DNA of 64,000 nucleotides. Origin: Centroscyllium fabricii (taxonomy: Eukaryota). Under the pieces are notes generated by a model. It searched no databases, was not told where the DNA came from, and was given only the letters and a program-made list of their open reading frames with translations. Of the stretch, positions 12,260-24,800 are shown piece by piece; position 1 is the first letter of the stretch, and every line of letters begins with the position of its first letter. The stretch covers positions 31,620,001 to 31,684,000 of the forward strand of contig JBNRSN020000029.1 in NCBI GenBank assembly GCA_051313645.2, in the 5' to 3' direction. A program made the position numbers and the translations under genes.

Positions 12260-12702
12260 GAGAGGTTATACCCATCAGGAAAGAACAGTCAGGTTGGGGT
12301 TCATTTCTCCAGAAGAGAGAAGGCGGAGAGCAGACCTACTGGAGGTTTTTAATATTATGAAGTGGTTTGATAGGGTCAACGCTTCCGCTTGATGGGGGGG
12401 GGGGGGGGGGGGGGGGGGAGTCCAAAACTAGAAGACACAAATAAATCCAATTGGGAATTCATGAGAAACCGCTTTACCCAGAGAACGGTTAGAATGTGGC
12501 GCTCGCTAGTGGTTGAGGCGAAGAGCACAGATGTGTTTAAGGGGGGGGGGGGGGGGGCGCTACATAAACAAAGGAGGGAGAGAAAAATCGAAGGATATGC
12601 AGATTGGGTTAGATGAAGTAGGATGGGAGGCGGCTCGTGTGGAGCATAAACACTGGCACGGACTAGTCGGGCCGGACGACCTGTTTCAGTGCTCTGTAAC
12701 TC
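12260..12702 (+). mobile_element. Old degraded CR1 3' fragment
   Basis: Residual FTQRTVRMW motif and a CR1-like 3' UTR. Confidence 0.55.
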
Positions 12703-12905
12703 CACAACCATTTTGAAGGGATTGCAAGGCAAAAGCTGATCTCCCTCAACAGGGACACAAATGCAGTTGAAGTGGGTGTTCGTTGCTGTTGCCAACCTGT
12801 CTTTAATGTGCGCGCTGTTATCACTTGTATGACATTTACCGATTATTAAAGATGAGCTTTCATTTCACATATTAATGCACGAGGAACAGTTTTGCAGAAA
12901 CTTGC

Positions 12906-13001
12906 CTTGAGCTGGATCATATTAGCTTCCTCTTCATTCTGACTCCTGAAGACCTCCTCCATCTGCTGCTGTAAAAAACTGAGTGACTTTTCAAGCTTAT
13001 C
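12906..13001 (-). CDS. TRIM gene 96-bp coiled-coil exon (GC donor)
   Basis: aatttaatttcag|DKLEKSLSFLQQQMEEVFRSQNEEEANMIQLK|gcaagt. Exactly 96 bp with phase 0/0 ends and coiled-coil composition, the standard exon after the B-box in TRIM-B30.2 genes. Confidence 0.8.
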
Positions 13002-13302
13002 CTGAAATTAAATTTACAACTAATTGACATACATATCATAAAATATCAATGTCGATAAGTATATATGAATCTGTAGGAAGTAATAGCTGAACAACAGAAC
13101 ACATTTTTACTTCGGGTACCCGAATGTCATCACCACTCACTCCCAGCTCAGGTATGGCACAGGTTGAATACACTGGGTCATTTTACAAGTACACGCTGGC
13201 AAGCAGAAATTGGAAACTATCCATTTATTATCAATTTTCTAATGTGCGTTGCCAATAGGAAAGGCTCCTGCCATCAGTGCATACTTAAATAATTAGATGC
13301 TG

Positions 13303-13979
13303 CCTCTACACTGACCCATCAAACACTCCCAGGGCAGGTACAGCATGGGTTAGATACAGAGTAAAGCTTCCTCTACACTGTCCCATCAAACACTCCCAGG
13401 GCAGGGAGAGCACAGGTTAGATACAGAGTAAAGCTCCCTCTACACTGTCCCATCAAACACTCCCAGGGCAGGTACAGCACGGGTTAGATACACAGTAAAA
13501 CTCCCTCTACACTGTCCCATCAAATACTCCCACGTCAGGTACAGCACGGGTTAGATACAGAGTAAAGCTCCCTCTACACAGTCCCATCAAACACTCCCAG
13601 GGTAGTTACAACACAGGTAAGATAGAGAGTAAAGCTCCCTCTACACTGCCCCATCAAACATTCCCAGGGCAGGTACAGCGTGGGTTAGATACAGAGTAAA
13701 ACTCCCTCTACACTGTCCCATCAAACACTCCCAGGTCAGGTACAGCACGGGTTAGATACAGAGTAAAGCTCCCTCTACACAGTCCCATCAAACACTCCCA
13801 GGGTAGTTACAACACAGGTAAGATAGAGAGTAAAGCTCCCTATACACTGTCCCATCAAACAGTCCCAGGTCAAGTACAGCACAGATGAGATAGAGAGTAA
13901 ATCTCCCTCTACACTGTCCCATCAAACGCTCCCAGGAGAGGTGCAGCATAGCTTAGATACAGAGTAAAGCTCCCTCTAC
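13303..13979. repeat. 67-bp tandem repeat (acactgtcccatcaaacactcccagggcaggtacagcacgggttagatacagagtaaagctccctct)
   Basis: About 10 copies, ending exactly at the Gypsy LTR. Confidence 0.95.
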
Positions 13980-16900
13980 TGTGACATATGGCACTGGGTG
14001 AACCCAAATGCAGGAAGGCAGACTGCGGCAGAGGCTAGGTTGCAAAAAACAAAGATAGACTTTGCTTGAAAATTACAAAATAACAACAGCACAAATATAG
14101 GCAAGCAGGCCGGCAGGCAAGAGGATCACAAGGCAGGGTGAAACTCAAGACTGAGCACTGAATATAAAACTAAGCACTACTTAAATAGTAGGCACATAAT
14201 CATGCACAGGTGAGTATGATTAGGAAGAGAAGGGAACATGGAAAGCAGGTGGGAACAATTGAGAGTTCATGGTGCCCTCTGGTGGTGAGGCGAGGCAGGA
14301 TCTGAATCATTCCTAACAGGATCACCCCCCAGGAATGGCCCCTGATGTTCCCCCAAAATGCCCAGAGCGGCGACGAAGAAAGTCCTGCACCAAGTCGCGA
14401 TCCAGGATGTTCTGGGCCGGGACCCAGGAGCACTCCTCCGGACCATATCCCTCCCAGTCCACCAGGTACTGGAGGCCACCGCGAACCCGGCGAGAGTCCA
14501 GCAGGCGGCAGACCGTGTCGACAGGCTGGCCGTCGATGATGCGGGGAGCAGGGGGAGGCCGCGTGGCAGGAACCAGGGAACTGATGACCATTGGCCGGAG
14601 CTGGGAGATGTGGAATGTGGGATGAATCCGCATGGAGCGGGCCAGCTGGAACTGGTAGGACACTGGGTTGATCTTTCTCAACACCGTGAAGGGACCAATG
14701 AAATGGGGCACCAGCTTGCGGGACTCCACCCATAGCGGAAGATCTTGAGTTGAGAGCCAGATCCTCTGCCCAGGATAGAGCGAGGGAGCCGGTCTGCGCC
14801 GCTTGTTGGCTTGGACCCGCCGTTGCCGAGAAGCTTGTTGCAAAGCCAGCCGCGCTCTCCTCCAGATCCATTGACAGCACTGGACAAACTTCTCTGCAGA
14901 GGGAACCCCCACCTCGAGCTCCTGCCCCTGGAACAGTGGAGGCTGAAAGCCGAACTGGCACTCGAATGGTGACATTCCTGTGGAGGAGCAGTGCAAGGTG
15001 TTGGGCGCGTACTCAGCCCAGATGATGTGATGGCTCCAGATCGCAGGGCTAGCAGACACGAGACACGTCAGGGTCGTTTCCAGGTCTTGATTGATCCATT
15101 CCGTCTGACCATTTGACTGGGGTTGGAACCCCGAGGAGAGGCTGACAGTGGCTCCAATGAGTTTATAGAAAACTCTCCAAAACTGGGAGGCGAATTGTGG
15201 GTCGCGGTCAGAGAAGATGTCAGGGGGCAAGCAGAACAACCTGAAGACATGCTGAACCATGAGCTCAGCTGTCTCTTGGGCTGAGGGAAGCTTGGGCAAG
15301 GGCAGAAAGCGGCAGGCTTTGGAGAAGCGATCAATGATGACCAGAATGACAGTGTTACCTTGAGACGGTGGAAGGCCTGTGATAAAATCCACAGAGAGGT
15401 GTGGCCAGGGGCGGGTGGGAATGGGGAGAGGATGCAGCAAGCCCTGGGGACGGGATCGGGGGTTCTTGTTTCATGCACAGATGGCACAAGCTGCCACGAA
15501 CGCCGTTACGTCCCTCTCCATAGTGGGCCACCAGAACTTTCTGCGAACAAACTCCAGCATTCCGGATGTACCTGGATGACCGATGACCCGAGATGAATGC
15601 CTCCACTGCAGGACTTGTGAGCGCGCCATGTTGGGGACAAAAAGGTGACCTGGTGGGCCGTTGCCAGGGTCTGCCTCCCTCAGCTGTGCCTTTCTGACCA
15701 GCATCTCGATTCCCCAGCGAACCGGTGCTACAATTTGGGAGGCTGGGAGAATAGGCCCTGGTTGTTTCTCCCACTTCGGTGGATCAAACTGCCTGGAGAG
15801 AGCATCAGGCTTGAGATTCTTGGATCCTGGACGATATAACAGGGCAAAGTCGAAGCGATTGAAGAACACTGCCCACTGAGCTTGATGGGAGTTAAGCCAT
15901 TTGGCCTCTTGAATATAGGCCAGATTCCTGTGGTCCGTCCAGACAATGAACGGGTGTTTGGACCCCTCCAACCAATGTCTCCACTCCTCCAGTGCCAACT
16001 TGACTGCTAGCAGTTCTCTGCTCCCGATGTCGTAGTTTCGGTCTGCTGGAGTGAGTCGGCGAGAAAAGAAGGTGCAAGGGTGCAGTTTGTTGTCGTTGGA
16101 CCGCTGGGACAAAACGGCACCCACTCCGATATCAGAGGCATCCACCTCGACGATGAAGGGGAGTGAGGGATCCGGAATCACGAGGACAGGAGCTGACGTG
16201 AAGCGCCACTTGAGATCCTTGAAAGCCTGCACAGCTTCAGTGGGCCAACTGAACCGGGTGGAAGAGCCTTTGGTGAGGGCAGTGAGAGGAGCAGCAATGG
16301 TGCCGAAGTTCCTGATGAATCTCCGATAGAAATGAGCAAACCCCAAGAAGCGTTGCACCTGTTTGACTGAGGTGGGTGTTGGCCAATCTCGGACAGCTTG
16401 GGTCTTGCCAGGGTCCATTTGGATACTGCCGCTGGAGATGATGAAGCCCAAGAATGAAACCGTGGAAACATGAAACTCACACTTCTCTATCTTGACAAAC
16501 AAAAGATTGTAAGCAGACATTGCAGGACTTGCCTTACCTGCTGGACATGGTCGTGAATAGTTTTGGAGAAAATGAGAATGTCATCCAGGTAGACAAAGAC
16601 AAAGCGATTCAGCATGTCTTGGAGGACATCGTTGATGAGCGCCTGGAACACAGCTGGGGTGTTGGCCAATCCGAAGGGCATGACCAGGTTCTCATCGTGC
16701 CCAGTGGGTGTGTTGAAAGCCGTCTTCCACTCATCCCCCTCGCGGATACGGATGAGGTTGTAGGCATTGCGGAGATCCAATTTTGCGAAGACTGTGGCTG
16801 TCTGTAGTAGCTCGAAGGCTGTCGACATGAGTGGTTCTTTACTGTAATCTTGTTAAGGCCACGGTAGTCGATGCAGGGGCGGAGACCTCCATCTTTCTTA

Positions 16901-17720
16901 CTCACAAAAAAACCCGGCACCAGCAGGAGAGGTGGCAGGACGGATGAAGCCAGCGGCGAGGGCGTCACAGATGTAATCCTCCATGGCGGTGGTCTCGGGA
17001 GCAGAGAGGGAGAAAAGATCCTACCCCTAGGTGGGCAGGTCCAAGGCAGGAGGTCAATGGCGCAATCCTACGGCCGATGAGGGGGAAGTGACGTGGCTTG
17101 AATCTTACTGAAAACCTTGCTTAAATCCTCATAATCGGGAGGCACTCGGGACAATTCAGACTGAGGTGGGGGCTCACGGGGCTGGGAAGGAGACTAAGAG
17201 TGGTGGCAGGTGGAACCCCATTGTGCACGCATGGATTATGACAGGCCAACCAAGGGTAACCCAAGACCAATGGAAACTCGGGAGAGTAGATAAGGGAGAA
17301 TTGGATGGTCTTGAAATGTTGTCCTTCCACACACAAACACAAGGGGGCAGTAAGATGGTGAATGGTTCCGGACCCAGGGGTTTTCCATCAAGGGTGATAA
17401 CGGTGAGTGGGTGATCTAGATGGGTCAGGGGAATTTTGAGCTGCCTAGCTAGACCCAGATCCATGAAGTTACCATCAGCCCCAGAATCCACCAGAGCCTT
17501 AAGGGCATGTTCTTGATTGCCCCAGGAAAGGGAGGTTGCCAGCAGAACCCTAAACACAGTGGAATCAGGAGGGTTGGTTAAGCTTGTCTCAGGTCCCTCC
17601 ATCCTGGATGAGCCCTGGCTTTTCCCACCAGCTCTGGACAAGAAGAGCGAAAGTGGCCTGGTTCCCCACAATAGAGGCAACAACTCTCTCATTCGGCGAT
17701 CACATTCAGGCTGCGAGAGA
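13980..17720 (-). mobile_element. Decayed, 5'-truncated chromodomain Gypsy element (second family)
   Basis: 3' LTR 13980-14318 (minus TGTTAGG...TCACA) and PPT at 14319-14330. Frameshifted ORFs give integrase plus chromodomain (14322-15440), RT/RNase H (15471-16828, YLDD), protease LVDSGAD, and a gag knuckle remnant near 17630-17690. It is cut off by CR1 sequence. Confidence 0.93.
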
Positions 17721-18873
17721 TTGTTTTTGTAGGGAAATGGTGTTCGGGAAATTGACAGGATTGAAGGCTGATAAATCCCCAGGGCCTGATAATCTACATC
17801 CTAGGGTACTTAAGGAAATGGCCCTAGAAATATTAAATGCGTTGCTGATCATCTTCCAACATTCGCTGGAATCTGGAACTATACCCATGGATTAGAGGGT
17901 AGCTAATGTTACCCCACTATTCAAAAAGGGTGGTAGAGAGAAAGCGGGGAATTACAGACCGGTAAGCCTGACATAAGCCTGAGTAGGAATTAATGGGTCT
18001 TTTTCCGAGTGGCAGGCAGTGACTAGTGGGGTCCCCTCTCATTCTTCTAAACTCCCTTGAGTATAAGCCCAATCGACCCAATCTCTCCTCATACGTCATT
18101 ACTGCCTTGTGAAACTTTGCTGAACTCCTTCCATGGCAAGAACATCCTTCCTCAGAAAAGGCGATCAGAACTGCACACAATACTCTAGGTGTGGTCTCAC
18201 CAAGGCCCTGTATAACTGCAGCAGGACATCCTTGTTCCTGTACAAAAACCCTTTCACTATGAAGGCCAACATACCATTTGCCTTCTTCACTGCCTGCTGC
18301 ACCTGCATGCTTACCTTCAGTGACTGGTGCACAAGGACACCCAGGTCTCATTGCACTTCCACTTCTCCCAATCCATTGTCATTCAGATAATAGCCTGCCT
18401 TTCTGTTTTTGACACCAAAGTGGATAACCTCGCATTTATCCACGTTATATTGCATCTGCCATGCTTCTGCACAATCACCCAACCTGTCCAAATCATCCTG
18501 GAGTTTCTTGGTATCCTCCTCGAAGCACACACGCCCACCCAACTTTGTGTCATCAGCAAAGTTGGAGATATTACATCTAGTTCCCTTATCTAGATCATTA
18601 ATGTATATTGTGAATAGCTGGGATCCAAGGACCAATCCCTGTGGTACCCCACTAGTCACTGCCTGCCACTCGGAAAAAGACCCGTTAATTCCTACTCTCT
18701 GCTTTCTGTCCGCCAACCAGTTCTCTATCCAAGTCAATACCTTGCCCCCAATCGCATGTGCCTTAACTTTACACGCTAATCTCTTATGCGGGACCTTATC
18801 GAAAACCTTTTGAAAGTCCAAATACACCACATCTACTGGTTCTCCCTTATCTATTTTCCCAGTTACATCCTCA
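17721..18873. mobile_element. Rearranged CR1 RT fragments (plus 17721-18035, minus 18030-18873)
   Basis: KSPGPDNLHPRVLKE on the plus strand; VYLDFQKVFDKVPH...SGVPQG...FADDTK on the minus strand. Confidence 0.88.
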
Positions 18874-19056
18874 AAATGGCTTTTCCTGAAGGACAGTTTG
18901 CATGCAGTAAGGGCTATTCGGCCTGGTGCTCCAGGGTATTGCATAGGCTTTTCCTGAAAGACAGTTTACATGCAGTAAGGGCTATTCAGCCATGGCAGGC
19001 ACTTCAGATGAAATACTTGCTGTCTTGTAACTCAGATTCTGCCCTTTCCCTTGCAG

Positions 19057-20230
19057 GCGAAACTGGCTCACAACCGACGTGAGCAGGACCGCATGGGTGG
19101 TGGTCCACCTGATCTAATGGAGCTGAGTCCCCTGGAAGTGCACGTGCAGCGGATTATGGGCAACTGCCTGAGTGCTCCTGTCGCCACAGGAGATGACGAC
19201 CCCTTTCTGGGCACCAGTGGTGAGTTCATGACCATCCTCTCCTCTCTCCTTCCTCTTGCTCCTCACAGCAGCAGCCTTTGGCACTTTTCATCCAAAGAAG
19301 TCGGTGCCTGCACTCATTGCTCCCTTGCTGCCACCTTGTCCTCATGCTAAACCCAGTCTTGTACCTCTGTCGTTTCAGATGGTGAATCATCAGCTGAGGA
19401 GGTGGCCCCTGAACCTTCGCAGGAGATGCAGTCAGAAGGGCAGGAGGAGGAAGAGGAAGAAGCAGCAGGATGCCCACCAAGGCGGTGGTGACAGGGGGGG
19501 TCTGCCTTCCATGCAGGGGAGTGATGAGTGGTGGGAGGTGCAGGGTGGTCCAGGCCCCAGCGGGGTGCTGCAATGCAAGGGGGGAGGGCAGCTCCAAAGC
19601 ATGTTGCCCGGAGTCATTGACCCCTGATGGCCTGACCGCGGAGGACGAGCGTGTCCTCTCACCAATGAGAGCCGAGGCGGGGCAGCGGCACAATGAGCCG
19701 ATGCGAGCGGTGGGGAGGTTGCCCGAAGCCCTGCGCGACATGGCGGAAGCCGCGCAGATGTTCACTGCTGCAGTGCAGTCAGTGGGTGCTGCACTCCAGT
19801 CAGTGGGTCCTGCTGTGCAGCCGCTTACTGACGCCATGCGTCAGCTGACTGGTGCCGTCTTGTCTTCGGGCACCATTACCCTGGGCTCTGAACGCGCCAC
19901 AGCAAGCCAGCAATCTGTGCTCCAGCAGATTGCTGGGGAAGATGAGGCGCGGGTGCCTGGGAGGGAGACTGGACTGGTGGAACAGGGAGGTGCTAGCCTC
20001 TCTCACCAGGGCAGCATTGCTGCTGCCAGCAGTGCCACTTCTCCACTGCTGTTCACCCCGCCTGTACACCAGACTGCTGCCGCCCATTCAGAGGTGGAGC
20101 AGTCTGAAGCTGGGCCCTCCAAGCCCAGAGCTGGTCGAGGCTGACCTTCAAAGGCTGTGGCAGTGTCAAGTTCGGACACTCCGCATCCTTCCACCAGCGT
20201 AGCTGCACCCACTGGGGTGACATTAAGGTG
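19057..20230 (+). pseudogene. Harbinger-type transposon Myb/SANT accessory-gene remnant
   Basis: Exon 19057-19219 (ttgcag|AKLAHNRREQDRMGGGPPDLMELSPLEVHVQRIMG...|gtgagt) carries the post-Myb/SANT 'xGGGP...L' signature of Harbinger/NAIF1-like proteins. The next exon starts at 19379 (acidic) and has a premature stop and frameshift. Confidence 0.6.
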
Positions 20231-21584
20231 CTGAGTCAATGTGGCGACCAGTCAGTGTGGTGCCAGTCAGTCTGGTGCCAAGTCAATGTGGTGACCAGTC
20301 AGTGTGGTGCCAGTCAGTGTGGTGCCAGTCAATGTGGTGCCAGTCAATGTGGTGCCAGCCAGTCTGGTGCCAGTCAATGTGGTGCTCGGTCAGTGAGGTT
20401 GCAGTCAGTGTGGTACCAGTCAATGTGGTGTCAGTCAGTGTGGCGCCAGTCAATGTAGTGTCTGGTCAGTGTGTTGCCCAGTCAAGATATTGACCAGTCA
20501 GTGTGTTGCCCAGTCAGTGTGATGCCCAGTCAATGTAGTGTCCGGTCAGTGTGTTGCCCAGTCAGTGCGTTGCCCAGTCAAGATATTGACCAGTCAGTGT
20601 GTTGCCCAGTCAGTGTTTTGCCCAGTCAGTATGTTGCCCAGTCAGTGTGGTGCCCGGCCAGTGTGGTGCCAATGAATGTGGTGCCAGTCATTGTGTTGCC
20701 CAATCAGTGTGGTGCCCAGTCAGTGTAAAGCCCGGTTAAGTGTGGTGCCAGTCAGTGTGGTGACAGTCAGTGGGGTTCCAGTCAGTGTGCTGCCAGTCAG
20801 TGTGGTGCCAGTCAGTGTGGTGCCTGGTCAGTGTGGTGCCAAACATTGTGGTGCCCAGTCAGTGTGGTGCAGGTAGTGTGGTGCCCAGTTAGTCTGGTGC
20901 CAGTCAATGTGTTGTGCCCGTCACTCTAGTGCCCAGTCATTGCGGTGATAATCAGTGCGGTGCCCAGTGAGGGTGGTGCCAGTCAGTCTGGTGCCAAGTC
21001 AATGTGGTGACCAGTCAGTCTGGTGCCAGTCAGTGTGGTGCCAATCAGTGTGGTGCCAGTTAGTGTGGTGTCAGTCAGCGTGCTGACCAGTCTGTGTGGT
21101 GCCAGTCAGTGTGGTGCCCAGTCAATGTGCCAGTCAGCCTGGTGCTGAGTCAATGTGGTGACCAGTCAGTGTGCTGCCTGTCAGTGTGTTGCCCTCTCAG
21201 TGGGGTGCCCACTCAGTCTGGTGCCAGTCAGTATGGTGCCCAGTCAATGTGGTATGAACGGTCAAGAGACAGAGATGGAGAGGCTTTGGGAAGGTCAAGG
21301 TGGTTGAGGGTGACGGTGAAACGGAGCGGACACGGGGTGAGTGTCAGAGTAAGAAGACTGGCGGGCAGGGGTGAAGACACGAGGATGGAGGAAAGGCTGG
21401 GGACATAGGACTCGGCAAGATTTGTAGGCGAGGATGAATTGGGGAAACATAGAAACATAGAAGATAGAAGCAGGAGTAGGCCATTCGGCCCTTCGAGCCT
21501 GCTCCGCCATTCAATGAGATCATGGCTGATCATCCAAACCCAGCACCCTGTCCCTACCTTGTCCCCATATCCCTTGATCCCTAT

Positions 21585-21847
21585 CGAGCCTGCACCAACA
21601 CATCTCCCACCCTATCCCCATAACACCACATATTCAATCTCCCTAACACTAAGGGTCAATTTATCCTGGCCAATCAACCTAACCCGCACACCTTTTGACT
21701 GTGGGAGGAAACCGGAGCACCCGGAGGAAACCCACGCAGACACGGGGAGAATGTGCAAACTCCACACAGATAGTACCCGAGGCCGAATTGGAACAGTCTC
21801 TAGTGCTGTAAGGCAACAGTGCTAACCAATATGCCACTGTGCCACCC
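21585..21847 (-). mobile_element. V-SINE (HE1-like)
   Basis: V-domain (tgtgggaggaaaccggagcacccggaggaaacccacgcagacacggggagaatgtgcaaactccacacaga) plus a degraded tRNA head at 21780-21847. A CR1 tail is adjacent at 21445-21583. Confidence 0.85.
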
Positions 21848-24800
21848 TATGCCTGGTGCCAGTCAGTGTGGTGAGAGTCAGTGGGGTTCCAGTCATTGTG
21901 GTGCCAGTCAGTCTGGTGCCAGTCTTTACATTGTGGTGCCCTCAGTGTGGTGCCAGTCAGTGTTGTGCCCGGTCAGTTTGCTGCCAGTCAATGTGTTTTG
22001 CCCGTCAGTCTAGTGCCCAGTCATTGCGGTGATAATCAGTGCGGTGCCCAGTGAGGGTGATGCCAGTCAGTCTGGTGCCAAGTCAATGTGGTGACCAGTC
22101 AGTCTGGTGCCAGTCAGTGTGGTGCCAGTCAGTGTGGTGCCAGTCAGTGTGTTGCCCAGTCAGTGTGCTGCCTGCTGAGTGTTGTGCCTGGTCAGTGTGG
22201 TGCCCGGTCAGTTTGTTGCCAGTCAATGTGTTGTACCTGGTCAGTTTAGTGCCCAGTCATTGCGATGTTAGTCAGTATGGTGCCAGTCAGTCTGGTGCCA
22301 AGTCAATGTGGTGCCAGTCAGTGTGGTGCCCACAGAGTGTGGTGCCCAGTCAATGAGGTGCCCAGTCAATGTGCTGCCAGTCAGCCTGATGCAGTCAATG
22401 TGGTGACCAGTCAGTGTGTTGCCTGTCAGTATGGTGCCAGTCAGTGCAGTGCCGAGTCAATGTGGTGACCAGTCACTGTGCTACCTGACAGTGTGGTGCC
22501 CTCGCAGTGGGTGCCCACTCAGTGTGGTGCCAGTCAGTGTGGTGTCCGGTCAGTTTGGTGCCAGTGAAAGTGATGCCAGTCAGTATGGTGCCAGGTCAAT
22601 GTGGTACCCAGTCAGTGTGGTGCCAGCCAGTACGGTTCCAGTCAGTGTGGTGCCAGTCAATGTGGTGCCAGTCATTGTGTTGCCCAGTCAGTGTGGTGCC
22701 AGTCAGTGCGGTGCCAGTCAGTGCGGTTCCAGTCAGTGTGGGGCCAGTAAGTGTGGTGCCAGTTAGTGTGGTGCCAGTCAATGTGGTGCCAGTCATTGTG
22801 TTGCCCAGTCAGTGTGGTGCCAGTCAGTGTGGTGCCAGTCAGTGTGGTGCCAGTCAGTGTGGTGCCAGTCAGTGCGGTTCCAGTGAGTGCGGTTCCAGTC
22901 AGTGTGGTTCCAGTCAGTGCGGTTCCAGTTAGTGTGGTGCCAGTCAGTGTGGTGCCAGTCAGTGTGGTGCCAGTCAGTGTGGTGCCAGTCAGTGTGGTGC
23001 CAGTCAGTGCGGTTCCAGTTAGTGTGGGTCCAGTCAGTGCGGTTCCAGTTAGTGTGGTGCCAGTCAGTGTGGTGCCAGTCAGTGTGGTGCCAGTCAGTTT
23101 GGTGCCAGTCAGTTTGGTGCCAGTCAGTGTAGTGCCAGTTAGTGTGGGTCCAGTCAGTGCGGTTCCAGTTAGTGTGGTGCCAGTCAGTGTGGTGCCAGTC
23201 AGTGTGGTGCCAGTCAGTGTGGTGCCAGTCAGTTTGGTGCCAGTCAGTTTGGTGCCAGTCAGTGTAGTGCCAGTTAGTGTGGGTCCAGTCAGTGCGGTTC
23301 CAGTTAGTGTGGTGCCAGTCAGTGTGGTGCCAGTTAGTGTGGGTCCAGTCAGTGTGGTGCCAGTCAGTGTGTTGCCAGTCAGTGCGGTTCCAGTTAGTGT
23401 GGGTCCAGTCAGTGTGGTGCCAGTCAGTGTGGTGCCAGTTAGTGTGGTGCCAGTTAGTGTGGTGCCAGTTAGTGTGGTGCCAGTTAGTGTGGTGCCAGTT
23501 AGTGTGGGTCCAGTCAGTGTGGGTCCAGTCAGTGCGGTTCTAGTTAGTGTGATGCCAGTCAGTGTGATGCCAGTCAGTGTGGTGCCAGTTAGTGTGGTGC
23601 CAGTCGGTGTGGTGCCAGTCAGTGTGGGTCCAGTCAGTGCGGTTCCAGTTAGTGTGGTGCCAGTCAGTGTGGTGCCAGTTAGTGTGGTGCCAGTCAGTGT
23701 GGTGCCAGTTAGTGTGGGTCCAGTCAGTGTGGTGCCAGTTAGTGTGGGTCCAGTCAGTGTGGTGCCAGATAGTGTGGGTCCAGTCAGTGTGGTTCCAATT
23801 AGTGTGGTGCCAGTCAGTGTGGTGCCAGATAGTGTGGGTCCAGTCAGTGCGGTTCCAGTTAGTGTGGGTCCAGTCAGTGCGGTTCCAGTTAGTGTGGTGC
23901 CAGTCAGTGCGGTTCCAGTTAGTGTGGTGCCAGTCAGTGTGGTGCCAGTTAGTGTGGGTCCAGTCAATGTGGTGCCAGTTAGTGTGGGTCCAGTCAGTGT
24001 GGTGCCTGTCAGTGTGGTGCCAGTTAGTGTGGTGCCAGTCAGTGCGGTTCCAGTTAGTGTGGTGCCAGTCAGTGCGGTTCCAGTTAGTGTGGTGCCAGTC
24101 AGTGTGGTGCCAGTTAGTGTGGGTCCAGTCAGTGTGGTGCCAGTTAGTGTGGGTCCAGTCAGTGCAGTTCCAGTTAGTGTGGGTCCAGTCAGTGCGGTTC
24201 CAGTTAGTGTGGTGCCAGTCAGTGCGGTTCCAGTTAGTGTGGTGCCAGTCAGAGTGGTGCCAGTTAGTGTGGGTCCAGTCAATGTGGTGCCAGTTATTGT
24301 GGGTCCAGTCAGTGTGGTGCCAGTCAGTGTGGTGCCAGTCAGTGTGGTGCCAGTCAGTGTGGTGCCAGTCAGTGCGGTTCCAGTTAGTGTGGTGCCAGTC
24401 AGTGCAGTTCCAGTTCGTGTGGTGCCAGTCAGTGTGGTGCCAGTCAGTGTGGTGCCAGTTAGTGTGGTGCCAGTTAGTGTGGGTCCAGTCAGTGTGGTGC
24501 CAGTAAGTGCGGTTCCAGTTAGTGTGGGTCCAGTCAGTGCGGTTCCAGTTAGTGTGGTGCCAGTCAGTGCGGTTCCAGTTAGTGTGGTGCCAGTCAGTGC
24601 GGTTCCAGTTAGTGTGGTGCCAGTCAGTGTGGGTCCAGTCAGTGCGGTTCCAGTCAGTGTGGTGCCAGTCAGTGTGGGTCCAGTCAGTGCGGTTCCAGTT
24701 AGTGTGGGTCCAGTCAGTGTGGTGCCAGTTAGTGTGGGTCCAGTCAGTGCGGTTCCAGTTAGTGTGCGTCCAGTCAGTGTGTTTCCAGTTATTGTGGGTC

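Noticed and set aside
6528-13979. 30-33-bp and 67-bp arrays resembling CRISPR repeats
   Set aside because: Head-to-tail tandem units without unique spacers, no cas genes, and a vertebrate context.
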